Source: Asterias rubens | Lineage: Eukaryota | Length of the DNA stretch: 64,000 nucleotides | NCBI RefSeq assembly: GCF_902459465.1 | Contig: NC_047062.1 | Coordinates: 11,160,001-11,224,000, forward strand | Direction: 5' to 3' | Shown: one piece after another, positions 49,118-60,780 of the stretch | Layout of the letters: each line of letters opens with the position of its first letter | Position numbering within the stretch: the stretch's first letter is position 1 | The notes under the pieces: generated by a model | The model's input: the letters and a program-made list of their open reading frames with translations, nothing else | The model's database searches: none | What the model was told of the DNA's origin: nothing | Translations under genes and position numbers: made by a program

Positions 49118-50329
49118 ATGGCTCAACAAACCTAAGCTTCTAGAAACGTTAGTAAAGTTTTCCTTGTTGGAGCAGCAGGCTTTTTATCGGCAGCGTCAAT
49201 ATTCATGCTCGCTGGTGGTGCTGCGTGGCTGGATGGTACCACTTACCAACCTATTCCTCACATTGGTTTTCAGAGTTCCAGACAGTACTCGCTTTTTACT
49301 CAAACTCAGGACAAACACATGACAACTGAAGACACTCCAAGCGGTGTGAAGATTATCATCTTAGCGTAAATGAGAACTGGATGTTCCTTCGTTGGTCAAA
49401 TGTTCGGCCAAAACAGTGATATTTTCTACCTATTGAACCCGGCACATTCCTTCAAGCTGCCCTCCGCCAACGAGGTGATATATTCTCGCAGTCGCTTTAC
49501 ATTGATATGTTGGACAGCCTTTATCGGTGTAACTTGACTGGCTATGAATATTTTTCAAAATGGTTGTCGACGCTGGTCCCGGCAAGTTTGTTACAGAAAG
49601 CCCCGGATATGTACAAACTGCTTTGCTCCAAGCCAGATATTTCGTCTAAAAAAAAGGTACAGTGTGGGATGTATGGATTTGAAGAAAGTTGCGATCAAAT
49701 CAATTCGTATCTCTGATATTGGAAGTCTGTTACCGTTGATCAAAGACAAGACGGTCAATCTGAAAGTGATTCATCTCGTTCGTGATCCGAGAGGGATGAT
49801 CGCTTCTCGTGTGCTTGCCTTGAACGAAGGTAAGAAAACGGCAGACACATTAGACAAATTTACGGACGACACAAAGGCGTCACTTATCAATTACTGTCGG
49901 AACAATTTGCACAACACGGACGTGGGGACCAACATGCCCAAATTCCAAGAAAACTATTTACTCCTGAGGTACGAGGATGTCTCTTTGGATCCACACGAAG
50001 CGGCTCGACGCATCTATAATTTCACTGGTCTTGGTGCTGTTCCTGGGAGTGTGTCCAGGTGGATTCAAGAACACACGAGTGCTCACGTAGCCGGTACTTA
50101 CTCAACCTCACGAGTGTCAAGTCAAGTCTACCAATCTTGGCGCGGCAGACTCAGTTTCCCAACTGTTAAAACCATTGAGGAAGTTGGAACCTGTTCTCAA
50201 ATGATGCAAAGATTTGGCTATCTCACAGCTAAAGATCAAGATAATCTGACTAATCTAAACATATCCCTTTTATTTGACAATGTGCCGGATGTCAAACGGC
50301 ATATTTATGCCTTTGACAAACCATACTAA
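49118..50329 (+). pseudogene. CHST-like copy B, pseudogene
   Basis: Colinear with copy C but has TAA at codon 6 (ATG GCT CAA CAA ACC TAA), TAA just before MRTG, a 1-nt deletion at YLFEP (ctattgaaccc) and a ~29-nt deletion near 49672; the 3' half is open. Confidence 0.9.
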
Positions 50330-50334
50330 CTGGG

Positions 50335-50732
50335 TTAACACAGTGGCAGTAGACACTATTGGTAATTGTCAAAGACTAGCCTTCACAGGTGGTGTATCTC
50401 AACATATGCATAAAAGGACAAACTTGTGAAAATTTGAGCTCAATACCGGTCATTGAACTTGCGAGATAATAATGAAAGAAAAAAAAGACACCCTTGTCAC
50501 ACGAAGTTGTGTACGTTTAGATGGTTGATTTCGAGACATCAAGTTCTAAATTTGAGGTCTCAAAATCAGATTCGTGTAAAATTACTTCTTTCTCGAAAAC
50601 TATGGCACTTCAGAGTGAGCCGTTTCTCACAATGTTTTATACGATCAACCTCTCCCCATTACTCGTCACCAAGAAAGGTTTTATGCTAATAATTTCTTTT
50701 GAGTAATTACCAATAGTGTCCACTGCCTTTAA
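50335..50732. mobile_element. Family 1 MITE immediately 3' of CHST pseudogene B
   Basis: Starts with the ...ggtaattgtcaaagac end and finishes with the gagtaattaccaatagtgtccactgcctttaa end. Confidence 0.88.
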
Positions 50733-51283
50733 GTTTAGGGTAATTTCTCTGTGGTTTGGGCTACACTTTTGAAAAGGTTCTATTTTTTTCCCTCGTTTAG
50801 TTTTGATCAATATCAGTTTTAAAAATGTTATACACGTGTGTTATTTGAGGAGGCAGTTGACAAACTTGTGTTTGACTTTGTTGGAGCCAACTCCTCCACT
50901 TCCAGAATACGTGGATAATATATCATACAGAGGGCTGAAATCATACAAAAGACCAGCAAAATTCCACCACTAAAATCCGGAAATTATTGGTATACAATGG
51001 GCACATTTTGATCACATCTGTGACCATTTTTTCATGCAGCTTAAGTATAATTTTTTTATTCAAACATTAGAGTATATTATGTTTTTGAACAAAAACATAT
51101 TTGTTTGAGTAATTGTTTGTTACGATTTATAAGTTTAAAAAATAGATAAAGTTGTTTGGGGGCGACTCCGCCTGTCCCTTTTGTGACGTCAATCGATCGT
51201 ACTTATACGTGCAAGTACATGCAAGTCCTAGTCGTGAGTTTGTACGTTTCGAAAAAAGTTTTTTTTCTTGCATTTTTCGGGCA

Positions 51284-51510
51284 ATGTCGACCAGGTGTAT
51301 TGCTGCTGTGTGCAGCAAAACAACTAAAGATGGTGTCAGTTTGAAAGTGGTACCGGTCCGACGTCTTTTCCAGCGCTGTGCAGCAAACACTAGATCGAAC
51401 CGTCGTGCTTCGAGAATCTGGAATATACCACATTTTGACATGAAGAGAAAAGTTCTTTTTGAAAACATGACGCCATCACAACAATTTTTCCAGCTAGTGT
51501 GAAGTCGAAG
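51284..51510 (+). pseudogene. Decayed THAP-domain ORF, transposon relic
   Basis: MSTRCIAAVCSKTTKDGVSL (C-x4-C THAP start); frameshifted LKHDAITTIFP resembles the AVPTIF end motif; central W and C/H ligands not recognisable. Confidence 0.55.
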
Positions 51511-54500
51511 AAGGTGTGACGAATCTAAAGGATCCGATTGCCTAACTAACGTGACAAAATCGGGTATTGTTTCAATTTTAAGGGCATAAATTTTTGTTAG
51601 CTTGCGCCAGGCGTCACTATCTTGTGTTGGCACTGCATGCGATTCACCGTGCTGGGTAATCCGAGTGGACCGTCCGCACAACAGTCATACAGTGCGTGCA
51701 GTCTGCTCCGTGACCGTAGTTCTGTACGTATGCATCATACCGATCAGGTATCCAGACGTAGTGTACGGAGCCAGACTACACATTTTCTATTCAAATATCG
51801 AGCCTCGATTGACGTCACGAACAGCGCCCTCTCGGGTCGGGCCTACTTTTAAATTTGTAAATAAAGTGAACAATTTGTTTGAACCTATAGTCAACTGTTT
51901 ATTCATATTTTCTGTGGGAAAATCATTATATAAATATAAAGCAAGCCTTTCATAAAATGCACACACTATTCTTGAGGTATTTTAACAACATATCATAACG
52001 TGTATACATTTACTGTAATGCAATAAACATCAATGTTTCATGCACCGATAATTGATAAGTATCCAAAGTTTCTAAGAAATATAACTTGATAATGTAAAGG
52101 TAAAGCATGCTGGCTAGTGTGAAGTTGTGACTTATCAAAGTAATAAAGAATCAATTATATATTGGGTATATAACTACTCTAGTTTCGAGGTCTGCAGCAA
52201 AGATAATAAAAAGGAAGTCAACAATAATATTGCTTTGTATGACTTATGACAATCTGACTATTTTAAATCTGAAGATAAATTGAACAAAATGTTCCTGCGC
52301 ATCATTTTAAAGGTCTGTATGTATCAAGAATTCCGACATGTTCTCACTGTATGAAATAAAGTTTGACCCCAACTTTTAACGTGAGCAGCGCCCACTAAAA
52401 GATTTGTTTCGTTTGCTGACGACATTTTTTTTTTTTAGTTTACTAAGCACATACATATACCTCTCAATAGGAACACAACTTAATGACGTCATAGGTTTAA
52501 AAATCCGTTGAACAAAAGCAATTTATTTTTAAAAATCCTAACATGTGCATTACATGCTAGGCATTTTTGTGAATAATTATTTGTTTTATGCAATTCGTTT
52601 TTAGTTCTCGTGGAAACCGTTGAGTTAGAAATAAAAAGTTAAAGGTTTAAAATATTACATGTTCCTTATGATTTTTTTTCATTTTGATATGCTATTAGTA
52701 TACAAAAAATTAAAGCTTCATTTAAGTATTTTTTCAAGGCGTTTTCAACAAATGTTTCCCCCTCGGTCAGTCTCGCTTCTACAGTTGTCATTTTTCATAT
52801 TTCATAGTTCCTATTTCCTCAAACACATAAGCTATTTCATGGATTTTATGTTGATATGTACACTTTGATGCTTTACAATTACAAAATACAAGTCTGGAAA
52901 AGGTCTGGTTTAAAAAATGATGCTGATGACATCACCAAAAATAAGTGGGCCCTCTATAGCGGCAGATCTAAAAATACACTTTTACTAGATGTTTGTGTCA
53001 GAGTTTATGACAAATTTTTCAAAATGTATATGTACACATAATTTCCTTCATGATAGCAACATATCTGTGGAGTCCTAGCTTGATGACGTCATCATGTGTC
53101 ACGTGGTATTGCTTTAAATGTGCACTTTTCAAAGGTGTGTGCCTGCCAAACCAAAAGTTCGACTGAGGTGAAATTTGGTGTATTGTTAGTCAATGACATT
53201 AACTTCTTGAACTCGAAATGACGTTATGATGACGTCATCATGTTGTTTTGACATGTTTTGCAATTTTGATCATTTAATTCAAGTCTTGAGAACAAAGCAA
53301 GGTGAAATCCGCAAGGATAAAGACAGGGCCCAATTTCATGGCTCTGATTACCGCCGAATTCTGCGCTTACGATCGCGATTCCCCGCTTAGTGCAAGCGCC
53401 GAACTTCTGCGCTAGCCTTGTAAGCGTAGAATGCCTAGTAACGTGAAGTACGCACGCGCAGAAGCCCAAATTCGCCGCTAACCCGTGAAATACGCTTCCG
53501 TAGGCACAGAACAAGTCCCATTCTCGGGACCACATTTTGACGGCGAGCGCGCACTGTACTGTATGCTACGGGTTGTTTCATAGTAAGTTGAGGTAATAGC
53601 TTAGGGACCTCTCACACGAGAATGGGACTTGAATCAAGTCTAGGGCACTGGGGGGCTGACTCAGGTGAGCCCCTGGAATGACGTCAGAGCTATTCGAACG
53701 CACCGGGGTCGACCCAGGGAAGCTAAACGAACGCACCCTATGTGAAACGACAGAGGTCAGAGGTCAAACTACACGCCGGTTTTGGAATTTTTTGAGCCAG
53801 GTGTGGCGGTTTCAGTCTTCCGCCGTGTTCAGTTTTCCGGGTGACGTAGCCGGACATTTCAGCACGTTGTTCGAACGGTTTTAGCTTTCCGGCGTGTTCA
53901 GTTTTCCGGGTGACGTAGTCAGACAAAAATACCGCCGCGAGTACCCTGGCGACTACTGTAGTGCTGTCAGTGACCCCAAATTGTATCTATTACAATTCTT
54001 TTCTGTTTAGTCACATTCTCTTGCCCTATCTTTACACGTATTCATGCGTACACCTGTAAGCAGGTTACACTGCTTGTGCAACTGGTTAAATACAAGATAG
54101 CTTGCTTGGTCTTCACACCAAATTCTCTCATGTATGATCCACGCGTTCGCCGCTCGTTGTACTCGTGGACTCCGCCATGACAGCTACCGGAGAGTAACAC
54201 GGATGACTCAATACGGCACTAAAAATTGACTACTTTCGCTTGCTGTGCGCAGGCATCGCATGACATCATGTTACCGTATTTGGTCATTTGGAAAACTGAA
54301 CACGGCGGAAAGTTGAAACCGCCACACTGGTATCCCCAGTTATTCACGAGCCTCGAAGAATGACGTCAGACGTTCAGGCGAGGCGGTGAGTGGACTAAGT
54401 CAGGTGAGTCGGTGCGGGCGCTGTTGGTGATTTGGCCGCGGTGTGCGTGAAAGGAAAACGAGAAACGTCTTGCACCAAGACTAGCACTCTGTACACTGGT

Positions 54501-54984
54501 GGTGAATAAGCAAATCTCTTTCCTGCATACATCAATATCAGTTAATGGAAGTTCTCTAGTTCTGCAGTTGAACTAAAGTGGGAATGCTTCTGCTGGTTTT
54601 TCTATTGGTTTTTAATTTTCTGCTTTTATTATTGTTTTGTGTACTATATTATGTTAAATCTATATTAATTTTATTGTGTACCCCAGATGTGGGGCAACAG
54701 ATCTACGGATCATAGTATGTATTTGCTTTTGTTGTCCCTTGCCCATCTTGGGGTATAATGTTGTCAATGTATTTTGTTTTGTACTGTTATGGCGAATAAA
54801 ATAATAATAATAATAATAATAATAATAAAGTCCTGCGCGCATGAATTTTCTGTTGTACATTGCAATTTCGTTTTTGAAGATTTTGGGGGGAATGCAGCAG
54901 CGTAGGCAGAAATTTTTCAGTTGGGGCCACAGGGGGCTGGCTTTCAGTTGGGGGGGGGGGCAGTAGGTAAACATTATGATGTAA

Positions 54985-55340
54985 TTTGCCATTGGACACT
55001 TTCGGTAAACAGTATTGTCCAAGGCCCACACTTCGTGTATCACAACTTCTATATAAAATAACAAACCTGTAAAAATTTAGGCTCAATCGGTCATCGGAGT
55101 CGGGGGAAAATAACGGGAAAACCCACCCTTGTTTCCGCATGTTTCGCCGTGTCATGACATGTGTTTAAAATAAATTCGTAAATCTCGATATCGAGAATTG
55201 ATAATTGTTTTAATGTTTTCTCAAAAAGTAAAGCATTTCATGGAATAATATTTCAAGAGAAGTCTTTCACCATTACCTTCTGTAAAACCCTGTAAATTAT
55301 TTTTTAAATCTGTGAACTTTTAATTTTTTTTCTTCTGTGT
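54985..55340. mobile_element. MITE family 2 copy
   Basis: Interior near-identical to 985-1339. Confidence 0.82.
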
Positions 55341-56092
55341 ATCACCGCCTTTGTATTTTGCTTTACCAATTCTTACATGTTATAGCAACCCATTAGCCGG
55401 CACAAGTATTAGGCATATTATTTTAGTTAGTTACTTTACTTTTTCCCCACTGCCTTAGTTTGATCTTTGCCTATTATTGTAAATGATCAACGACCCACGT
55501 CCATAAATCATAAAGGTCATTGTTTTATTTTGTCACAATAATGAATTACAACAGTGCAATCTGTAGCCTACAGTTTTTAATAAGTAAAGTTCAGAGTCAA
55601 GGTTACAATAGAAGTTATACGCGTCCATAAACTAGTGTTGCACATTGCTTTATAAAGAAGTCGAATGGTGCGGGAGAAGAGGTGAACTTTCTTGTTCACA
55701 AACCCGTGAATATTTGTTGGTACATTTAACAACCTTTTTCCAGCAAGCTACACACAAAATGGCGGCCGCCACATGCCCCACAACTATTTGCCCGCCGCCA
55801 CTTATACTCTCGCGGCTGGCATGCCAAAAACGAGAGGGCTCCCCAAAAAGTACAAGGGATAGATAATTTGAAAAAAAAATGCTGCCAAATTAATATCCAT
55901 GTAATATAACTGATGAATACAAAACTAACATTACAATATACATGTACTTAGAAAATGTCTTTTATTAGAAGGGCACACTTTTTTTCCGAGCCTTTTTTAA
56001 TACATGCATTTTGCTACCCAAGGCCAGTATAGGTCTAATGGGAACACAAAAGAAAGTCAATAATCAGTAATGTGAAATTATAAGCGGGACAA

Positions 56093-56132
56093 ACAATACA
56101 GTTGGAAAGAATATTCTTTCCAACTGTATTGT
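56093..56132. repeat. Perfect 40-bp palindrome
   Basis: acaatacagttggaaagaat|attctttccaactgtattgt; degenerate copy at ~59423-59464. Confidence 0.95.
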
Positions 56133-56768
56133 GTATCCAAATATGATATGATAATCCCTAATCAATAATTGTCTTTGTTTATTATTGAGTATTATTTGGG
56201 TGTGAGCGACGCGGGGGTGTCGTAATGATCACGATCGGCACAATTTTGTTTTAACATCTGCAAAATATGGTTTTGTTGCAAATTTTTAATGATGGTGGTG
56301 TGTATTGTCACATCACAGGCAGGGGATCTAGCCTAAGTTGTTGGTTTCCGTCCGACCTGTACCTTTCTTCTACCTGCGCCTCTGTGAGCAGGCCGACAGG
56401 ACAGGACAGCACTCCAGTTAAAAAATACCCAGGTACGGATGTACATTTGATCTCGCATTAATTTTGCAGTCAAATTCTACGTGCGCGATACATAGTATTT
56501 AAAATATCACTGCATGGATGTACATGTACTGTAATACATGTATTTTGTAACCAATAATATCGCTGGATCTGTAAAACTAATGCCCGTCCGTCAGGGGACC
56601 AGGCTATACTAACACAGATAAACAACATCGCTCATCGCTCATAATTGCTTGGGTTTGTTTCTCCTCGTGTGAGCAACAACGTGGTTGGGTGTGTATAGAA
56701 CTTCGGTTGTAAGTGTGACAACTAAAAGAGTACACCCGAACCTTTGTTTTTTTCCCGAAACTGTTAAA

Positions 56769-58004
56769 ATGGCTCGACAAATCTTAGCTTCTCGAAACGG
56801 TTGCAGAGTTTTCCTAGTTGGAGTAGCAGGCTTTTTATCGGCAGCGTTACTATTTACGCTCACTGGTTGTGCAACGGGGCCAGATGGTACAGTTTACCAA
56901 TGTATCCCTCACCTCGGTTTTCAGAATTCCAGACAATCCCGGCTTTGTACTCAAACTCAGGACAAACACATGACAACTGAAGATACTCCAAGCGGTGAAA
57001 AGATTATTATCTTAGCATCAATGAGAACTGGATCTTCCTTCGTTGGCCAGATGTTCGGCCAAAATAGTGACATTTTCTACCTATTTGAACCCGGCACATT
57101 CCTTCAAGCTGCCCTCCGCCAACGAGGTGATATATTCTCGCAGTCGCTTTACATTGATATGTTGGACAGCCTTTATCGGTGTAACTTGACTGATTATGAA
57201 TATTATTCAAAATGGTTATCGACGCAAGGCCCCAAAAGTTTGTTACAGCAAGCCCCGAATATGTTTAAACTGCTTTGCTCCAAGCCAGATATTTCGTCTG
57301 AGGTACACTGTGGGAGTGTGACACATGACAGTTTCGTGCGCACATGTATGGATTTGAAGAAAGTTGCGATCAAATCGGTTCGTATCTCTGATATTGGAAG
57401 TCTGTTACCGTTGATCAAAGACAAGACGGTCAATCTGAAAGTGATTCATCTCGTTCGTGATCCGAGAGGGATGATCGCTTCGCGGGTGGTTGCCATGAAC
57501 GATATCAAGAAAACGGCAGACAAAGTAGAAACATTTACGGACGACACAAAGACAGCACTTATCAATTATTGTTGGAACAACTTGCACAACACGGACGTGG
57601 GAACCAACATGCCCAAATTCCGAGACAACTATTTGCTCCTGAGGTACGAGGATGTCTCTTTGGATCCACACGAAGCGGCTCGACGCATCTATAATTTCAC
57701 CGGTCTTGGTGCTGTTCCTGGGAACGTGTCCAGTTGGATTCAAGAACACACGAGTGCTCACGTAGCCGGGACTTACTCCACCTCACGAGTGTCAAGTCAA
57801 GTCTACCAATCTTGGCGCTCTAGACTCAGTTTCCCAACTGTTAAAACCATTGAGGAAGTTGGAACCTGTTCTAAAATGATGCAAAGATTTGGTTATCTCC
57901 CAGCTAAAGATCAAGATCATCTGACTAATCTAAACATCTCTCTTTTATCTGACAATGTGCCGGATGTCAAACGAGATATATACGCCTTTGACAAACCATA
58001 CTGA
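56769..58004 (+). CDS. CHST1/3-like sulfotransferase, copy C, single exon, 411 aa from MARQILAS
   Basis: Same PSB/PB motifs as copy A; ATG at 56769 aligns with the starts of A and B (the ORF track starts at an upstream GTG). Confidence 0.92.
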   Translation: MARQILASRNGCRVFLVGVAGFLSAALLFTLTGCATGPDGTVYQCIPHLGFQNSRQSRLCTQTQDKHMTTEDTPSGEKIIILASMRTGSSFVGQMFGQNSDIFYLFEPGTFLQAALRQRGDIFSQSLYIDMLDSLYRCNLTDYEYYSKWLSTQGPKSLLQQAPNMFKLLCSKPDISSEVHCGSVTHDSFVRTCMDLKKVAIKSVRISDIGSLLPLIKDKTVNLKVIHLVRDPRGMIASRVVAMNDIKKTADKVETFTDDTKTALINYCWNNLHNTDVGTNMPKFRDNYLLLRYEDVSLDPHEAARRIYNFTGLGAVPGNVSSWIQEHTSAHVAGTYSTSRVSSQVYQSWRSRLSFPTVKTIEEVGTCSKMMQRFGYLPAKDQDHLTNLNISLLSDNVPDVKRDIYAFDKPY

Positions 58005-58013
58005 CTGTCATGG

Positions 58014-58404
58014 TTAAAGGCAGTGGACACTATTGGTAATTACTCAAAAATTTTTTTAGCAAAAAACCTTACTTGGTAATGAGTAATGGTGAGCAGTTAA
58101 TGGTGATAGTATAAAACATTGTGAGAAACGGCACCCTCTGAATTAACGTAATTAGTTTTCGAGAAAGAAGTAATTTTCCACGAACTTGATTTCGAGAACT
58201 CGGAATTAGATTTTGAGGTCTCGAAATCAAGCATCTAAAAGCACACAACTTCGTGTGACACGGGTGTTTTTTCTTTCATTATTATCTCGCAACTTTGACG
58301 GCCATTGAGCTAAATTTTTCACAGGTTTGTTATTGTATGCATTATGTTGAGATACAACAAGTGAGAAGACTGGTCTTCGACAATTACCAATAGTGTGACT
58401 TTAA
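58014..58404. mobile_element. Family 1 MITE immediately 3' of CHST copy C (interior opposite to the copy after B)
   Basis: Starts with the ggtaattactcaaaa end and finishes with the cttcgacaattaccaatag end. Confidence 0.88.
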
Positions 58405-60265
58405 GTTTATGGTAATTTCTCTGTGGTCTAGGCTTATATATATTTTTTAAAGGTTCTATTTTTTCTTCGTCACTAAAATACCGGAAATTTATGAAATCCA
58501 ATCGACAGAATTTTTGAAGCAGATCTGTGACCAATTTCATAGAGATGCTTGAATAAAATATGGCTTAACAATTGCTGCTAGCAAAATATGAGCAGGAAAC
58601 TAGTCACAAATTGATCATGTGGCACGGTATTTTGGCTGCAGTCTACCTTCGTCTTTAATGTGCAATTGTGTAGACAGTTTACTAAGCTCTATATAAAGTT
58701 GTGCCCTGTGAGTGTAATTTGAGACATAATAGGCCTATGGAAGGCCTTGCACAGTAGCAAAATGATGTATTAACTGTCTTGGCAAAAGTTTGCTCTTATA
58801 AGTAAGACATTAGCCTTATTTATAATATTATATGAGTATTAACTGACATTATTTGGCATTGTTATTATTATTATTATTATTATTTTTTTGGGGGGAGGGG
58901 CACCGTGGTTGGTAGCCGCAATATTATAGGTGGCGACGGAAAGATAGGGCGTGTGGCGGCCGCCATTTTGTGTGTCCAGGCGCCAGATAAAGGTTACCAA
59001 CAAATACTTACGGGCTTACAACGTACAATAATAGTTTATTTAACTTTTTTGAACGCTTATTATTTATATTGTAACTTTTACTCAGAACTTTACTTATTAA
59101 AACTTTAGGTTACAGATTGAATTGCAGTCGTTGTAGTTCATTATTGTAAACCAAGTAAAACATCACCTAAAAGGCATTATTCATTATACACCAACACGCA
59201 CAGAATCAAATCTCTGCAGATGCTGTTCCTTAGCACCATGTGTCGATCGGGATCGTTTATGTAAATTTGATGTATAAAAGGCCGAAATTAATTTCCCATC
59301 GTGGATAATAAAGTAAATTGAAATTGAAATTGAAATTCAATGGCAACACCCCTGCGTCGCTGCAAAACCGCAATAATTAATTCCACAAAAATATGGATTA
59401 GGGATTATCATTAGATAGGGTACACAATACAGTTGGAAAGAATGTTCTTTCCCATTGTATTGTGTGCACCGCTTCTAAATTTACATTATTGATTATTGAC
59501 TGCGTGTCCACATCTGCAGACCTATTGGCATCGAGTAGCAAATTACACATATAAACACGTATAATTGTACTTGTTGTTTTGGATTGAAGCATATATAATC
59601 ATCAGTTAGATTATGTGGCTATTAATTTGATAGCAATTTTTGTCAAACTATATACTGTTATATTTTTTTGGTGAGCCCTACCGTGGTTGACATGCCAGCC
59701 GCGAGATTATAATTTGCGCCGAACACTTTATTGTGGGGCGTGCGGAGGCCGCCATTTTGGGTGTCGGTTGCCGGAAAAAGGGTAGGAGCCTGCCAACAAA
59801 TATTTGTGAAAAAGAAAGTTCACCCCCTTTGCGCTGGCACTATACGACTTCATTATGATATAGTAAGTGTAAAAACTATACGTTTCATATTTTGGTTCTG
59901 CAAACTTTCGTAGCCTTCTCTGTTTGAGATTGGAGCGATATCTGTTGCGGTTTCCTTTTCGATTAAAAGTAGACTGGTGCTTTATTTATGTCACATAAAA
60001 CCCCGAAAGATTTTACCCTTTTGGTCATACTTAAAAATGACGACTTTTCCAGACCCATGGCACTCACCACTGGGGATCGCGAAAATACCACCTATACGTT
60101 GAGCAGTTCCAACAAGCAACTGCATGACGTCATCACGAAGGCTGCTGGGGTCTTGTTTTGTCATACAAAACATTGATTCAAGGCTGTTGCCGTAGTGTGC
60201 CCAGACCCGGTGCGCGGCGAAGAGGAAACAAAAACCGCACGCAGTGTATAGACGAACAACGTATA

Positions 60266-60550
60266 GACGATGACTAGAGAAAGCTAGTCGAATTGACGTG
60301 CTTGCTCTATAGTCATCGTCAATGACGATGACTAGAGAAAGCTAGTCGAATTGACGTGCTTGCTCTATAGTCATCGTCAATGACGATGACTAGAGAAAGC
60401 TAGTCGAATTGACGTGCTTGCTCTATAGTCATCGTCAATGACGATGACTAGAGAAAGCTAGTCGAATTGACGTGCTTGCTCTATAGTCATCGTCAATGAC
60501 GATGACTAGAGCAAGCTAGTCGAAACGTTGAGACGATGACTAGAGCAATC
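60266..60550. repeat. 58-bp tandem array, 4 full plus partial units, each an imperfect palindrome
   Basis: Unit gacgatgactagagaaagctagtcgaattgacgtgcttgctctatagtcatcgtcaat starts at 60266, 60324, 60382, 60440 and 60498. Confidence 0.95.
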
Positions 60551-60780
60551 AGTACAGTTGATTACGATCCTATAAGCTAAAGTAGTAGTCCAGTCTAATT
60601 TCTATACCATCCGCCCTGGTAATAGTTAAAAGCAGGACAGTTCTTTTCAGAACTGAGAAGTCTCCCGAACCTCCGATTATCTACTCCACGGCAGTAGAAT
60701 AAAGCAAGACAGTTCCCCAGAACAACTCTACCTGGCAAGTAGATACACACATGGTGTTACCGCAAACCAAATATACATTG
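60496..60780 (+). mobile_element. Second copy of the hammerhead-bearing element (degenerate core at 60496-60534)
   Basis: Reverse-complement similarity to ~12435-12720; core ATGACGA-T-GACTAG-AGCAAG-CTAGTC-GAAACGTT-GAGAC. Confidence 0.75.

Noticed and set aside
43241-58004. Functional fertilisation module linking the sulfotransferases to CatSper (egg-jelly sulfated glycans)
   Set aside because: Only proximity supports it; there is no sequence evidence for co-regulation or substrate.
60266-60550. CRISPR-like array
   Set aside because: Units are contiguous with no unique spacers, there are no cas genes and the context is eukaryotic.
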